DNA from: the human T2T-CHM13v2.0 reference genome, Homo sapiens
DNA length: 64,000 bases
Reading direction: 5' to 3' (one strand)
Assembly: GCF_009914755.1 (NCBI RefSeq)
Contig: NC_060944.1
In this document: one piece after another, positions 14,389 through 28,618 of the stretch
Layout of the letters: each line of letters starts with the position of its first letter
Numbering within the stretch: the stretch's first letter is position 1
Made by a program: the position numbers and the translations under genes
Notes under the pieces: model-generated
What the model saw: the letters and a program-made list of their open reading frames with translations, nothing else
What the model was told of the DNA's origin: nothing
Databases searched by the model: none

Positions 14389-15562
14389 TTGTTTAAACAA
14401 AGAAAAATAGTAAAATTAATCTATGTAAAACATGCCATATATATTCAACTGCTACTAAATATAAAAAGCTTTAAAACTGTGTGTTCAATTGTGGTTATTG
14501 TATTACCACAACACATATTAAAATATGTATACTTTTAAATTTGGTTTCTATAAAAAATGGATTCTAATCTTATAAAAGTTATTTCCTAATATTCAATAAA
14601 TATTGCCTAAGGGCTTTTTCAATCCAAATAGCAATTTTAATTATTCCAGAATTTAAGGGTGCTCTAAATTTCCATTTAATAGGGTGAGAATGCTGTATTA
14701 TCACAAGTGAAAAAAGTTACAGGACAAAGAGGTTATTCCGTTTCAGAGTCCACATCCTGATTATATTTTATATCCTCTTCTTGATTTCTTACAACTAGAT
14801 ACATATCCATTTGCTCAGCTGGAAAAAATTCTTAACATTATTTACTGACTTTAGGTATGAACTCTACCAGCTAGTTAACAGGAAATATGTAATTAAACAT
14901 TGCCTTTATCAAGTAATGTAAAAAAAGGGTAAGAGTAACTTTGTAACATAGGACTTAAATGAGCGGCTGGTGATTATCAAAATCTGGCACTTAATTGATT
15001 TATACTTTTACACTCACAGCTAAACGTCTCTACCTGTTTTTCTATGTTGTAAATCTAGGACATTACTTATCTACATAGGAAGAGTAATAAATATGAATAA
15101 TGTGCTATGATAAACATCCTGCACTCTTCCAAATCTTACAATAAAACTGCTTCAATTTCACTTGTTTAGCTTTTATACTTAGTTTTTTAGTTGATCTATG
15201 CTTATTTTAAGGAACATGAACTACTCTAACAGAATCCACAGAATTTTTATATTAGTCAAACTGCTTCTTTCTAACTCTGGTTCTAATAGTTATAAAAAGA
15301 TAATGATAAATTTATGAAGTAGATACAGTCAAACCTGAATTTCTTAAAGTATATACTTATAATCGGTTATAATTTTTAGATATTCTTTCTTGACAGTCTT
15401 TTCCCAAACTCATGATGTCCTCTCTAGGTAATATTGCCACACTCATAAATTATAAATAAAGACAAAAATGTGAAAACTACAGTAATTTAAGAGAATATAG
15501 GTTTTCTACATGCCATTTCTATTAGCTACTGAAAATAGTGAAAATAAGTAAATAAATAGCTA

Positions 15563-15691
<129 letters not shown>

Positions 15692-15774
15692 TCATTGAAA
15701 AATACCTCAAACTCTGATTATACATATTTACTATTAAATTTATAAATACTGTTAATTTCTTTTTTCACTTATTA

Positions 15775-16152
<378 letters not shown>

Positions 16153-16424
16153 TCAAGAGGAGGGCCACTCATTGACTGGGTAGCAGAAGGCCCCACTTCT
16201 ATTAGGGCATGCTGGCTGGAGTCCCCTCTGTCCTGACCATAGCACAGCCTTTGACTGGCATCACGCCCATTCTATGAATGAATAGAGAGATTGACTAACC
16301 CAAGTGACTAGCTTTGGGAGCTGGTAGGATGATTAGGAAACCTGAAACCTCAAGAAAAGCATTTAGCTCAGTGCTCTGTCCTAGAGGCTACATTGTGTTG
16401 CCTCTTCTTGTCTATCAGTTTTCA

Positions 16425-16580
16425 TTTTTTCAGACACGGTCTTGCTCTGTCACCCAGGCTGGAATACAGTGGTGATCAGAGGTCACTGCAGCCTTGAACT
16501 CCTGGGCTCAAACAATCCTCCTGTCTCAGCCTCCTGAGTAGCTGGGCCTACAGGCATGCAACACCATCCCCAGCTAATTA
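16425..16580 (-). mobile_element. Alu monomer (AluJ/FRAM-like)
   Basis: gagacacggtcttgctctgtcacccaggctgga...ctcctgggctcaa. Confidence 0.85.
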
Positions 16581-16656
16581 GGTAATTTATTTTGAAAGCA
16601 CTTTGAGAAGCACTTCACTGTCAAATCTGTAGGTCTAAAAGGAAAAGCATACATAC

Positions 16657-16748
16657 ACATAATTGATTTCACATTGTTTTACATTTCCTTTGTCTTCTTC
16701 TGGAATGTCATCTTTTTTCTTGGTTTCTTTTTCAGCACAGGATCTAAT
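16657..16748 (-). pseudogene. FRG1: FRG1 pseudogene exon 7 (92 nt, open, AG/GT intact)
   Basis: [30 protein letters not shown]. Confidence 0.95.
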
Positions 16749-18810
16749 CTAGATATTGGAAAAGAGAATCCAATGGGTTATATGTTTATCTTCCACCTTC
16801 CCCACTTTATGTGTCACATAAGAACATTCAAGATGATTTCTTATGCAGAAGAAAAAATTAACTGAGCAACTATAATCAGAAAAAGACAGGTTCTGGCTAT
16901 GTGTTTTTACTTCATATATATAATCTATATGAGTAAGTGCTGTCACATGCTTCCTCCGCAGCCCTTGTGTCAGAAACACTACAGACAAAATTATTTCAGA
17001 AACATTTTACACATCAGATCCTGCTAGGCAATAAAGCAATCATTAGTTAATTTAACTTTGTCCTCCAAGTGAATACACTAGGATCAAATTATCCCTAGTA
17101 GACAAGTGTTCATTTGATCAGATTGAAAGCTTAATAGCTATTTTACATTGCACAGACTATTACCAAAGTATTAAAACTTTTAACATTACACAACTTGTTT
17201 TTAATTAATTGGAACCCACCTCTTTTACTAGCTTCTTATATCCTCCTAAGTTTGGACAGATGCTTACTATCACATGTCATAAATTAATTGTTCTGCATTC
17301 AACGATTAGGATCGCCCACAGAACAGGCAATTGGCAATGGTAAGGACTCATGTCTCCTAAGGGATCTCTGTGGCCAGAGTCCAGTTCCAGGGCTGCTTAG
17401 ACAGTGATGACAAATAACGCGTTTGTGCCAATGACATCTTTGTGACAGTTTTGATTAGAGGGGTCCCAGACCTGAAAACATTCCCTGCTAGGGCCTGTAG
17501 CACAATGCTACCTTTAGTAAGAGGGATGTGTGTTCTGGTAGACAAGGCAAGGTCATAAAGATGAAGGGCTGACAGAGATTAGGAGAGCTTGCAATTAAAT
17601 GGTACGAAAAGTGTCCTAAATAATCACTGTTCAGAGCTTCCAAGTACTTGACTAACCAAAGAGACCCAGAAAACTTGGTATTTCATCTGAAAATTTCTTT
17701 AAATAGTGAAAAACGCAATCTTTGTGTAAGTATCTTTGTATCTTTGTATAAGTGCAAAGCACTGCACATATATTTGCAATTGCTGCCTTCAATAACACTT
17801 TTGTGATGATATCCAGATGAAAAATAATTTACACATGATACAATAAAATATAAATAAGTAAAATTAAATGTAAGTCACAAACCCATCTGCATTTCCTCAA
17901 TGACCTGTTTCCTGAGAAGCAATGTGCTATGAAATACTGAGAGTGGCCTCTGGAGTCAGCTGGGCCTGGGTACACATCCTGTCCTACCACACCTTGAAAT
18001 CACTGTGATTTCCATGAAGTGACTGACAAAAACCACGAGGATGTAAGGAGGGTCAGAGGCTGTCTTCCTGTCTGTAAGGCTGAGCTCACATCCACCTCAC
18101 AGGATCATTATGGAAATTCAAGACTATAACGCATGTGCGCATGTGCCGGATGCATGCAACGAAAAGTATAACATTTCACTTCTCTAACTGTAAGAAAATG
18201 CCTACATTTTAAATTGAAATTGTTTGAGCTTTAGATTTGAAATTATCTGAAATCAAGACTATTCTAAGAAGAAAATCAAACATATGACCAGAAATCTAAC
18301 ATGAAGCACATACAGAGAATTGATAGATGCTTTTAAATTACACTGGTAGTAGAGAAAAATGTAACATAAATTTTTATGCTCTAATTATAAGAACGAAGGG
18401 CATTTTAGAAAAGGCATTTGCCCCCTCTCTTAGAGCCTTCCACTCTGGCCCCCACAATGCCTTACAGAGCAAATCTGGGTCAGACTGGATGCAACCTGTG
18501 ATTCCCAACAGAGACAAACAAAGCAAGGTTCAGGATGCTCAGTACTGCGATGAAATGCCAAGACACAGAAAAGCCATGTGTCAAGAAGGCGGGAGTTATT
18601 CTTTAGACACATCCTGGTATATGTTTATCATTAAAGATCAGTGGCTTTTGTGAGTCTAAAAAATTAAGCCTTAAATGTTTTCATCAAATTCCAGTTAACT
18701 ACCTATCTAGGTTATATTAACAGTATTATTTAGAATTTCACCTTGATATGAAGATGTCTGTGTAACTTTTACAATGATGTAAAACAAAGAGTAGGATTAG
18801 GGAGGGCACA

Positions 18811-18860
18811 GGCCACTGGTGCAATGGATAATGCATCTGACTACGGATGAGGGAATTTAG
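18811..18860 (+). pseudogene. tRNA-Arg(ACG)-derived 5' fragment (non-functional)
   Basis: ggccactggtgcaatggataatgcatctgactacggatgag resembles tRNA-Arg-ACG GGCCAGTGGCGCAATGGATAACGCGTCTGACTACGGATCAG. Anticodon ACG at 18843-18845; T-arm and 3' acceptor strand absent. Confidence 0.85.
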
Positions 18861-19955
18861 CCTGGAATAAGGAACTTTTATTTCCAGCTTAGTGATGCAC
18901 ACAAATTTTAAAAATAAAATAAAAATCATGTTTTATGTGATTCATGTTTCTCCTAATGCAAAGAAGATGGGTACTATTAATAAAAATATTTTTAAAATGT
19001 AAGGGCTAAGGAGCCAGCAGTTCTGCTATGATTTTTAATGTTTCATAGAGTGATTATCATCACAGAAGCTCAAGCATTATGTAAATACAAACACGTATAC
19101 CCCGACCTGGTAATTCTGCTTCTGGAAATTTATCTGCAGGTCCACCCGCACATCTACAAATTGATGCATATTCAATGTTATGTACTGCAGCACTATTTAT
19201 AAGAGCAAAAGACTGGAAACAACCTAAATTTCCATCTACAAAAGACTAAATAAATTAAGGTACATCCCTAAAATGGAATATTATGTGGCTGTTAAAAAAG
19301 AGAGAGAGAGAAAGAGAGGAAAAGCAAGAAAAAGAGAAAACTTTCTACATTCAAACTAATAGTAGAAAACTCTCCAAGATACAATTTTAAGGAAAAAAAA
19401 ATCAAAGTCGAGAAGACTATAGAGAAGGTTGCCTTTAGTGTAAAACAGTTGAAAATTATAAATATATTCATATGTTTATAAAGAAATTTTAGGAGGCTAT
19501 AAAAAAAAAAACAAAGGGAAAGAGGAACAGGAGCTGGGACACAGGTGAGTAAGATGCATGGCAGGCATATATCTTCATCTTCATATGCTTTTATTTAAAA
19601 ATGTTGGACCACATGTACATGTTATCTATTTAAAAAAATTAGATTTTAAAATACACGCAAGAAAACAAGAAAATGGAAGCTTAAAAAGAGCATGTGGAAC
19701 TACCAGAAAAAGATACTAATCCATGGAGATAATGGCAAGGTAGCTCCTAGATGCACTGATTTCTCTACCACATTGTATAAACAAGCCATCAACTATGGGA
19801 TTTATAATTAAAAATGAGTCTATTTGAAACACCACATTATAAAAAGCTATTAACTGAATCTTTAAAGTGACAGTAAATGATGACTTAACATTTTAAAGAG
19901 ATACAGTCACATCGCATGTGTGAATTCAGTCATCTGTATAAAATGGCATCATTAC

Positions 19956-20060
19956 CTTGATCATTTCTTCTTCTCCTGCTGTTTTACTTTTTGCTTCTAT
20001 GTCCCCTGCTTCATTGCATCTAATAAAGCAGCTATTTGAGGCCAACAAAGCCATTTTCCC
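19956..20060 (-). pseudogene. FRG1: FRG1 pseudogene exon 6 (105 nt, open, AG/GT intact)
   Basis: [35 protein letters not shown]. Confidence 0.96.
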
Positions 20061-22302
20061 CTAAGTGAAACAAAATAACAAAATAGCCATGAGGATACTT
20101 CTTGTGGAAGAAACATTAAGTGCTTAGACTGAATTAATTTTTCCTCCCTGATTTAAAAGTCACAGAAAAGAACTGAGAGAAAAACCTCAAAAATATAATA
20201 CAAGAACATATAGAAAAGGAAACCAAAATCACCTTTCATTTTACTATTCAAAGATTACCACAATAAACATTTGTAGTGTATCTTCCTAGTAGGATTGCTT
20301 CCTTTCTAAAAGATCTACTGAAGATAAAACTGATTTAGTTCTGCTTGGAAAATTAACTTTAAAGACAAGAACATAATTATGAATGCATACTTTATTCAGA
20401 TATTAACATTTTAAGTAAAATTTATTTTCTTCACAATTAGAAAACATGAAAAGGTACATACAATGCCTTTGGTGTTTTGAATTTAAGAATCAATGTCTGA
20501 GGGACTTTTGTGTGTGAAAATAAATATTCATATACATTTTTAGTTGTTTAATGTTTGATGTATTACACTGGTTTCTATTAAACAAAACTGTAAAACCTGA
20601 TTTTCTTGTGTATTTAAATCTGGGTTATAAATTTGGTTAGCTTAACTCCCGTAACAAATATAACGTTTATTTATAACTTGTATTTGGTTGATTCTTTTGG
20701 AAAACTTGGAATACCATAACATTTAGACAAAATATTTATAAATACAATGATTACAAAATATGTTAACCTTATATCACATCCAGTTAAAAATGTGCTGATA
20801 ACATGGATTTAATTTCTTAGTCAAGTCACAAGGGCTGGGTGGTCTCTCATCTGGATGGCTCCTGGTGAGCCCTGGAACATGGCGGTGTGGTCCAAGGCGA
20901 TTTAAACCTGTGCCACAGATTATTCAGCTGAGTCCTTTTCGCAATACAGTTTTAAGACCCTCTTTCATTTAAATTTAAATTTTTGAAACTTAGTGTCCTT
21001 CCTAAAAATAAAATGAAATGAACTTTCCTAAAGTGTTGTATTATTAGTACTATCTAAGCGATCATCCTGGCCTTATGAAATATTGGCATTTTCTACTGGT
21101 GTAACTTTTATTAGAAGCATCTCATCATAACTAGTAGGATCATCTCAAAGGGGTTGCAACACATTAGCAGGTAATGAAATCAATGTAATGTTTCCTGAAC
21201 GGTATTGGGTGGGTTGGGGGGGAAAGGAATACACACAGACACACAGAGGAAGGGGTAAAAGAGAATACAAAATATCAAGGTGCATAACACATGGATAAGT
21301 ATGTATTGTTAAGTACAACTCTTGCTCCAGTTATACATATGTTTGTGCTGGGCTGGCAATGTAAAAATGCATTTCTCAATGGATTGGGTCAAAATAGTTT
21401 TCAAGTCACTGACTTAAGATTTTATCCTAGGGGATGAGGAAATTAGTCTAAGTGATTACCTCTTTCTGGTGGGATGTTTGTTTAATCTGTCATCTTAGAA
21501 AACACTGCTGAGTTCCTATTTTCAGTTCATTATTGTATACTACCAAAGCTGCTACTCAAAGGCTGAGCTTATCTTCTATTTGCTTGTTCTGCGTGGTGCC
21601 CACTGGTCCTTACTGTTTTTGATATAGTTATCTACTTTTTAAAGACAGTTTAGCACTCACATATTTTTGTTCAATCTTTACTTCTCACACAAACAGAAAA
21701 AGGAAATTATGTATTCTGTATCAACAAAGATTTAACAAAACATCCATATACTACAACTGTCTACTTAATAAAATAAAGAATTAGTACATTAACTTTTTTC
21801 TTCTTATATTAAAACTATCTTTTCGTACACTATTTTAAGCTTATGAACTGAAAGTCTTTTAGAGATAATTTACTTCAATGAACTATTATTATTTATATTT
21901 TATACGCAAATTGTCACAACTTGGTCTTAGCTAGCTCCACTGTTCGCTTACGGCCTGTAATGTTTCTGAAAACATCCATGATTTCTGCTAAAAAGAAGAT
22001 ACTTAGGAACTATTCTGTTTTCCTACTCTGTGACCTAAAATTGACTGGTTCTTCAATGGAAATGAGATCCATATCTAGGCACTAAGGGTATACAGAAATA
22101 ATTGTGGACAAAAGTACTAATGCTATTTTTGTTGCACTATATTTTGAGATCTCTTTAAGGCTCTATGTTCTTAGTGGTTTATTCCAATTTAATGTATTAT
22201 ACTATTGCATCCTACTTTTTCTTTTTAAATATATTATGATTGACTGTTACAGACTTTCTGTTAAACTGACAGGAAGTTTTTATAAACAATAACAGCACTT
22301 AC

Positions 22303-22414
22303 ATTTTGAAAGACTGGTTCCCATTGTTCTCTTGGTCCAATTGCATCTGAATGCCCAACAAGTTCATCTGAATTTATACCAAGATATTTTCCATAGCCAG
22401 ATTTCAGGGCGATT
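22303..22414 (-). pseudogene. FRG1: FRG1 pseudogene exon 5 (112 nt, in-frame 3-nt deletion, AG/GT intact)
   Basis: [37 protein letters not shown] (FRG1 as recalled: ...SDGLVVGRSD...). Confidence 0.95.
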
Positions 22415-22559
22415 CTGTACATTAATAAGATAGATAAAAGTTAAAAACGGAGAGAAAATTAATTATAGGACATCAAAACAGGACATGTGTATGTGTGTGG
22501 GTGTGTACATATCTAAAGTTTCAGACTGGACATATTCCAAGTGTTCAAAAGATGCATGT

Positions 22560-22850
22560 GGCCGAGTGGTGACTCACTCCTGTAATCTCTGTGCTTTGGG
22601 AAGGCAATGGGAGAATTGCTTGAGGCAAGAAGTTCAAGATCAGCCTGGACAACATAGTGAGACCCCATCTTTACAAAAAATTTAAAAAGTTAGCTGGGCA
22701 TGGTGGTGTGCACATGTAATACCAGCTACTTGGGAGGCTGACGCAGGAGGAGTGCTTGAGCCCAGAAATTTGAGGTTATAGTGAGCTATGATCACACCAC
22801 TGCCCTCCAGCCTGGGTGACAGAGACTCTGTGCCTTCAAAAAAAAAAAAG
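22560..22850 (+). mobile_element. AluJ element
   Basis: Diverged dimeric Alu with A-tail. Confidence 0.9.
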
Positions 22851-24194
22851 CTACATGTGACTAGTTGTTGCCATATTGGACAGTAAAGTTTTAAATTTAG
22901 TTTTTTATTTTGCTTTTTTAATATAAACATTGTACCTTATATATTACATAACAAATATTTTCAAAATTCATCATTCTTCAATTATACCTCTTTAGTTATA
23001 ACCTTCAATAATAAATTACTAAAACTTTATGTCATCAAACTGTTTTCCAGAAAATGCTGTTTCCATTTACATTCTTACCTCAAATTAATAGAGTATGTTT
23101 TGTATCATGGATTTTTTTTAAACATTATGACTCTAAAAAAATACTTGAAAACCTGATATGGAAAAAAAACAGTATCCTATTAATTTGCATTTTAGTAGTT
23201 AACTAGAATAACAATTGTTTTTCTTTTCCTTTCTAGCTTTTAGATTATCTGGTAATGTCCCTTGTCCATTTTTCTATTCAGATCTGATTGTTCACAATTT
23301 CTCTACTGGGGTCTTCAGTGCTATGAATTCTATACAAGATACATATGAAGAGTAAGAACTCACTGCCTATTAAGATTGTTGCAAATATTTTCCTCATTTG
23401 TCAGTTAATTTTCTGTATAATCTTTTTTTGTTTATAATTGTAAAGCAGTTTAAAACTATTGAATTTTTCTTCCTCTGCTTTTATTCTGTCTTTCACCCTA
23501 CTTATCAGAATTTCAAAGAAAGTATAGAAATAATCATCTTAATGTGATTTTTTAAAATTATGATTTCTTTTACCTTACTAAGAATCTCCTCGGATGCCAT
23601 AATTGACTTTTACTCCTTTATACGTTAATGATTATATAACAGAAATCATTATCATGTTGATGTAACCAATTACTAAAGTATGTAAATTCACTTTCAGTAT
23701 CTTTTACCCAAAGAATCATTCTATATTTCTGCACAAGGTGAGAATAAAAAAGGTTACTTTATAAAATGACTGTAAAAATAGTGAGTAAAAATATTCTTTT
23801 GGTTGTTATGATGCTGTAACATTCTCTGCTGGTTTCAACAATGTCCCTTTTTTTAGTCTTCCTGTTTGTCTTTAGACTTCCAAACAGTGAGTTTAAATAT
23901 CATAGCAACAGTGAACCAGGTTTTGTACTATTTGATTTATTTTTTAATCTATCTTACTTGGTGTGTGAAATTATTAATCTTCATTTTTTAATTTACATAT
24001 CTTTTTTCCAGCCTAGCATTATATATTGATAGGAAATCCACTAAAAGTAGATCACAAAATCTACTTTTCAAAAAAGCTATTTCATTTTTTATATCAAAAT
24101 TACCATGGCCTTAAGACAGACACTAAAATTTTTAATGAATACAATTAAATTTTTAAAATAACTGGTTACTAATTATATTACAACATAAGCTCAC

Positions 24195-24252
24195 CTGGAA
24201 TCAGATAATTTGACAGCCATAAACTGCTCTGGAGGACTAGGGCCCTCATCAA
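24195..24252 (-). pseudogene. FRG1: FRG1 pseudogene exon 4 (58 nt); canonical acceptor lost
   Basis: ctccaata|TT GAT GAG GGC CCT AGT CCT CCA GAG CAG TTT ATG GCT...TCC AG|gtgagc; no AG at the native boundary. Confidence 0.92.
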
Positions 24253-25032
24253 TATTGGAGAAAAAACATTTGAAAATAAATTTGACATTTGCTATAAATA
24301 TAAAGACATTATTTTGCTTTAAAAAATGTGGCTATTTTCTTCTGCAATTAAATGTAAGAATATTCAGATATACTGATGTCACTGTAATACTGTATCTTTG
24401 GAATCAAGATCTATTTTACCTTCTTTTAACTACAGTGCTAATTTTATACACTGAGTAAGACAGGGTGATATAATGCTTATTTAATAACTTTAGAGATAGC
24501 TTCTCTTTATGTTTTAAAATACAGTCATAAGTAAGCACTTATTTAAAAAAGCTAAATGCTTTCATTTATTCAATGGATGGCCTTGCTGACCAAATGATAC
24601 TGCTTTTTATCTTCTAATTACTTCGTATCTCATTAGTGCTTCCTCTAATGGGCTAAAGAAAACGAGGAAACTTCAAATTGTTAAATGCACCCAGGTTAGT
24701 TTTGGTAATAAGTCTGAATAAAAAAGAAATTCAAACATGTTTGACTGAAATAGGTTTTCTTTTTTCTTTCCACTTACTATTTTAATTATTCATATTGTTT
24801 AGATTTCCAAAGATACTCTTCTGGAACTATACGGAATGTTTTCAAATGCTTATATTAGAAAGAGGGACTTGCCAATGGCTGGTAAATATTAAGGAATTAA
24901 AAAAAATGGAAGAGTCAAATGCAATGGTTACATTCCTTTGGAAAATGTTTGATACTAGTTAGAGTTTGGCCTAAGTGAATGAATGTCCTAAAATCTACAC
25001 TTGTGGCAGGATCTTCCCTTCCAGACACAAAC

Positions 25033-25158
25033 CTTCTTTGTGTGGAGCTCCCAGGGTAAAAAGACCATTGTCGAGTGCATGTATATAGGTTCCCTCATCC
25101 ATTTCAATGGCTATGGTTCCTGAAATTTCACCAAAGTTTGTTACTGTTCACCAGATTC
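25033..25158 (-). pseudogene. FRG1: FRG1 pseudogene exon 3 (126 nt) with premature TGA
   Basis: [40 protein letters not shown]; TGA at 25148-25150; AG/GT intact. Confidence 0.95.
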
Positions 25159-25483
25159 CTAAAAAATAAAATTGATATTTCAACTTTATATTTTAGTTTT
25201 GACACAGAGTTGTTATTATAACTTAGTTTTAAAAACCTTTTATCTTGCAGTTGTAAGAAATAATATGAAGATCTCACATATCCTTTACTTACTTTGTCTC
25301 AATGATGACATCTTGCATAAGTATCATACATTGTTAGAATCAGGAAACTGACATTGATATAATCCATGAAGCTTATTCAGATTTCACCAGTTTTACATGT
25401 ACTTGTTCGCATGTGTGTACACAGATTCATGCGACTACCAGCACAGTCAGGATTAGGTTTTTAAAATACAAAATAGCAACATA

Positions 25484-25652
25484 CAGCCAGGCATGGGGGT
25501 GCATGCCTGTAATCCCAGCTACTCGGGGAGCTGTGAAAGAGGATCACTTGAGCCCAGGAGTTCAAGGTTATAGTGAGCTATGATCACGCCACTGCACTAT
25601 AGCCTGAGTGACAGAGCAAGGTCCTGTTTCAAAAAAAGACCAAAACAAAACA
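25484..25652 (+). mobile_element. Alu monomer (FRAM/AluJ right arm)
   Basis: gcatgcctgtaatcccagctactc...ttgagcccaggagttcaag...A-rich tail. Confidence 0.85.
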
Positions 25653-25805
25653 AAAGGCAACATGTGAAGGTACAAAGTGATATATGGAGAACGGTCTCTC
25701 TCATGATAGACCCTAGCCATCTATTCATGCCTGCTTTCCAGAGGCAATGCCTATCATAATACTTCTTAAAAATGTCTCTCAGGAAGACTTTCTAGCATAG
25801 TAATC

Positions 25806-26101
25806 TTTTTTTTTTTTTTGAGACGGAGTCTCGCTCTGTCGCCCAGGCTGGAGTGCAGTGACGCGATCTTGGCTCACTGCGACCACCACCTCCTGGATTT
25901 AAACAATTCTCTGCCTCAGCTTCCAGAGTAGCTGGGGTTACAAGAGCCTGCCACCATGCCCGAATAATTTTTTTTGTATTTTTATTAGAGACGGAGTTTC
26001 ACCACATTGGCCAGGCTGGTCTTGAACTCCTGATCTCGTGATCCACCTGCCTCTGCCTCGCAAAGTGCTGGGATTACAGATGTGAGCCACCGCGCCCGGC
26101 C
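25806..26101 (-). mobile_element. AluS element with TSD agtaatctt
   Basis: Dimeric Alu; agtaatctt at 25799 and 26102. Confidence 0.93.
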
Positions 26102-26719
26102 AGTAATCTTAACTACGATTTTAGATTGAAAGCAAAATGAGCAGAATCTATGTCTATGTATACTAATTTCCAATTTGCCAATAGAAATGTTAGACTTTAG
26201 CAACAATTATTTTAGCAGTTGTTATAAAAGTTTATATCTTAATGTTAAAAAATATCCTCAAACCTCCTCCTAAATTGTACTTTAACTAGAGTAGAAATGA
26301 GTCAATCATTAACTGGATATGAAATATTAAGGAATTCTTGTTAATTTTACAAGGTCTGATAATGACATAGTATAATGCATAAAAGTAAAGGACAAAACAG
26401 GTGATGAGAGAAAGACATACCAAGTTAAGAAATGTACATTTATGTACTTATGGGTAAAATGACATAATATCTGTGATTTTACTTAGAATTTTCTAGGAAA
26501 AAATGTGTGTGGGGGTGTGTATGTAAATGAAACGAGATTGGCAAAATATTGATAATTAATGCTGGGGCCTGGGCACATGGGGGACTCATTATATTCTTCT
26601 ATGTATGGATTAGTTTGGATATTTCCATAATAAAAAGGTTTTAAAGATTCAGTTAATTCCACTGCACAAAATTTTCTATTCAACTAAACATTTCATGCTT
26701 TTCATAATCAATTTTAAAA

Positions 26720-27430
26720 TATATAAAATTTCAGCTAAAATGAAGTTGGACCCTTATCTAACACCAAATACAAAAAGTAACTAAAATAGACCAAAGACCT
26801 AAACGTAAGAGCTAAAGTTAGAAAACTTTTAGAAGAAAATGGGAAAAGCTTCACGACAATGAATTTGGCAATGATTTCTTATATAGAACATCAAAGGCAC
26901 AGGCAACAAAAGAAAACATAGACAAACTGGACTTCATCAGAATTAAAAAGTTTTGTGCATCAAGAACCACTGTCAACACAGTAAAAGGCAACCCAGAGAA
27001 TGGAGAAAATATTTGTAAACTACATACATGATAAGGAGTTAATATCCAGACTATATAGAGAACTCCAAAAAGACAAATACCACAATTCAAAACTGGGCAA
27101 AGGATATACACGGACATTGCTCCAAAGATGATATACAAATGGCCAATAAGCACTGGAAAAGATGCTCAACATCACTAGTCATTAGGGAAATATAAATCAA
27201 AACCATAATGCAATACCACTTCACACCCATTAGAATGCTATTATCAAAACAAACAAAAAACAGAAACCAAGAAAACCAGAAAAACAAATGTTGGGCAGGA
27301 TGTGGAGAAACTGAAACCTTGTGCAACGCTGGTGGGAAGGTAAAATGGTGCATGTATTTAAATGCCACTGAAGTGTAAACGTAAAAATAGAAAAACTAAC
27401 AAATTCTACATTCTGTATATTTTACCTCCA
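26720..27430 (+). mobile_element. Old L1M (L1MB/MC-like) ORF2 3' fragment
   Basis: gaagttggacccttatcta...aaagatgctcaacatcactagtcattagggaaat...gatgtggagaaactgaaacc. Confidence 0.8.
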
Positions 27431-28321
27431 CACACACACGAAACCAATGGAGAAAAAGAAAATTAATCAAAATTAAAATTTCAGCTAGAGGCGATTAGAA
27501 AGAAATAAAACTAATGACAATTTAGATGATTGAGTTATAGCTACAATTGTTTTCAGTAAAAGAAATAATGCTTTATTCAGAATCATTATGAACAGTGTTA
27601 TGATTAGCAAGTCTTTCTTATAAATGTAATAGTTAATATTTTTAAATTAGTTTTATTTTGTATTTTCTATGCCACCTTCACCAAGTACACTTAATATTAA
27701 ATAAAATCATTTAAATATAATATCTCATGAATGTTTTGCAAATGAAGAAGAAATTTGTGGCAGACAATCCTCAAAATTTTCACACTCTGTCCAAGTAGGG
27801 AAATGATACAATAACATTACTTATAATATTGTCAACTGAAAAAGAAATTACTTTGAGCAGATGCCAGTATTTCTTCTCAATGATATTTCAAAGAATAAGA
27901 AAGCTAAACACAGTATCATCAAGAATTAAATGTGAGCATTCTGCCTACTTTCTGCAAGTGGCCTACATTCAACCTTTGGAGGTATGCTTATACGTTTAAT
28001 GACTAAAGTAACATAACATAATACTTAACAGTGCCACTCAGGGGTTTTAGGTGTGAAAAAGCCGTGGATCCTAAGAACAGTGGGCACTGAAGTTGCCTGT
28101 CTCTATGTCAGGTTACAGCTCAAGCTGTGTATATGCTGCAGACGCCCAAGCTGAATTTAAGAGAATCCGCTCTAAAACATTACTTGCTATTTAGACACAT
28201 GCTTAAAGTTATTTCCTTTTAAACCTTAGGCAGATGATGAAATATTCCCACTGTGTTGTCTCACAATGCATAACAAAGCTTTTCACATATTTTCACATAG
28301 TTGAGAATGCTTCCATATATC

Positions 28322-28618
<297 letters not shown>

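Noticed and set aside
18811-18885. Functional tRNA-Arg gene
   Set aside because: No T-arm/B box or 3' acceptor strand.
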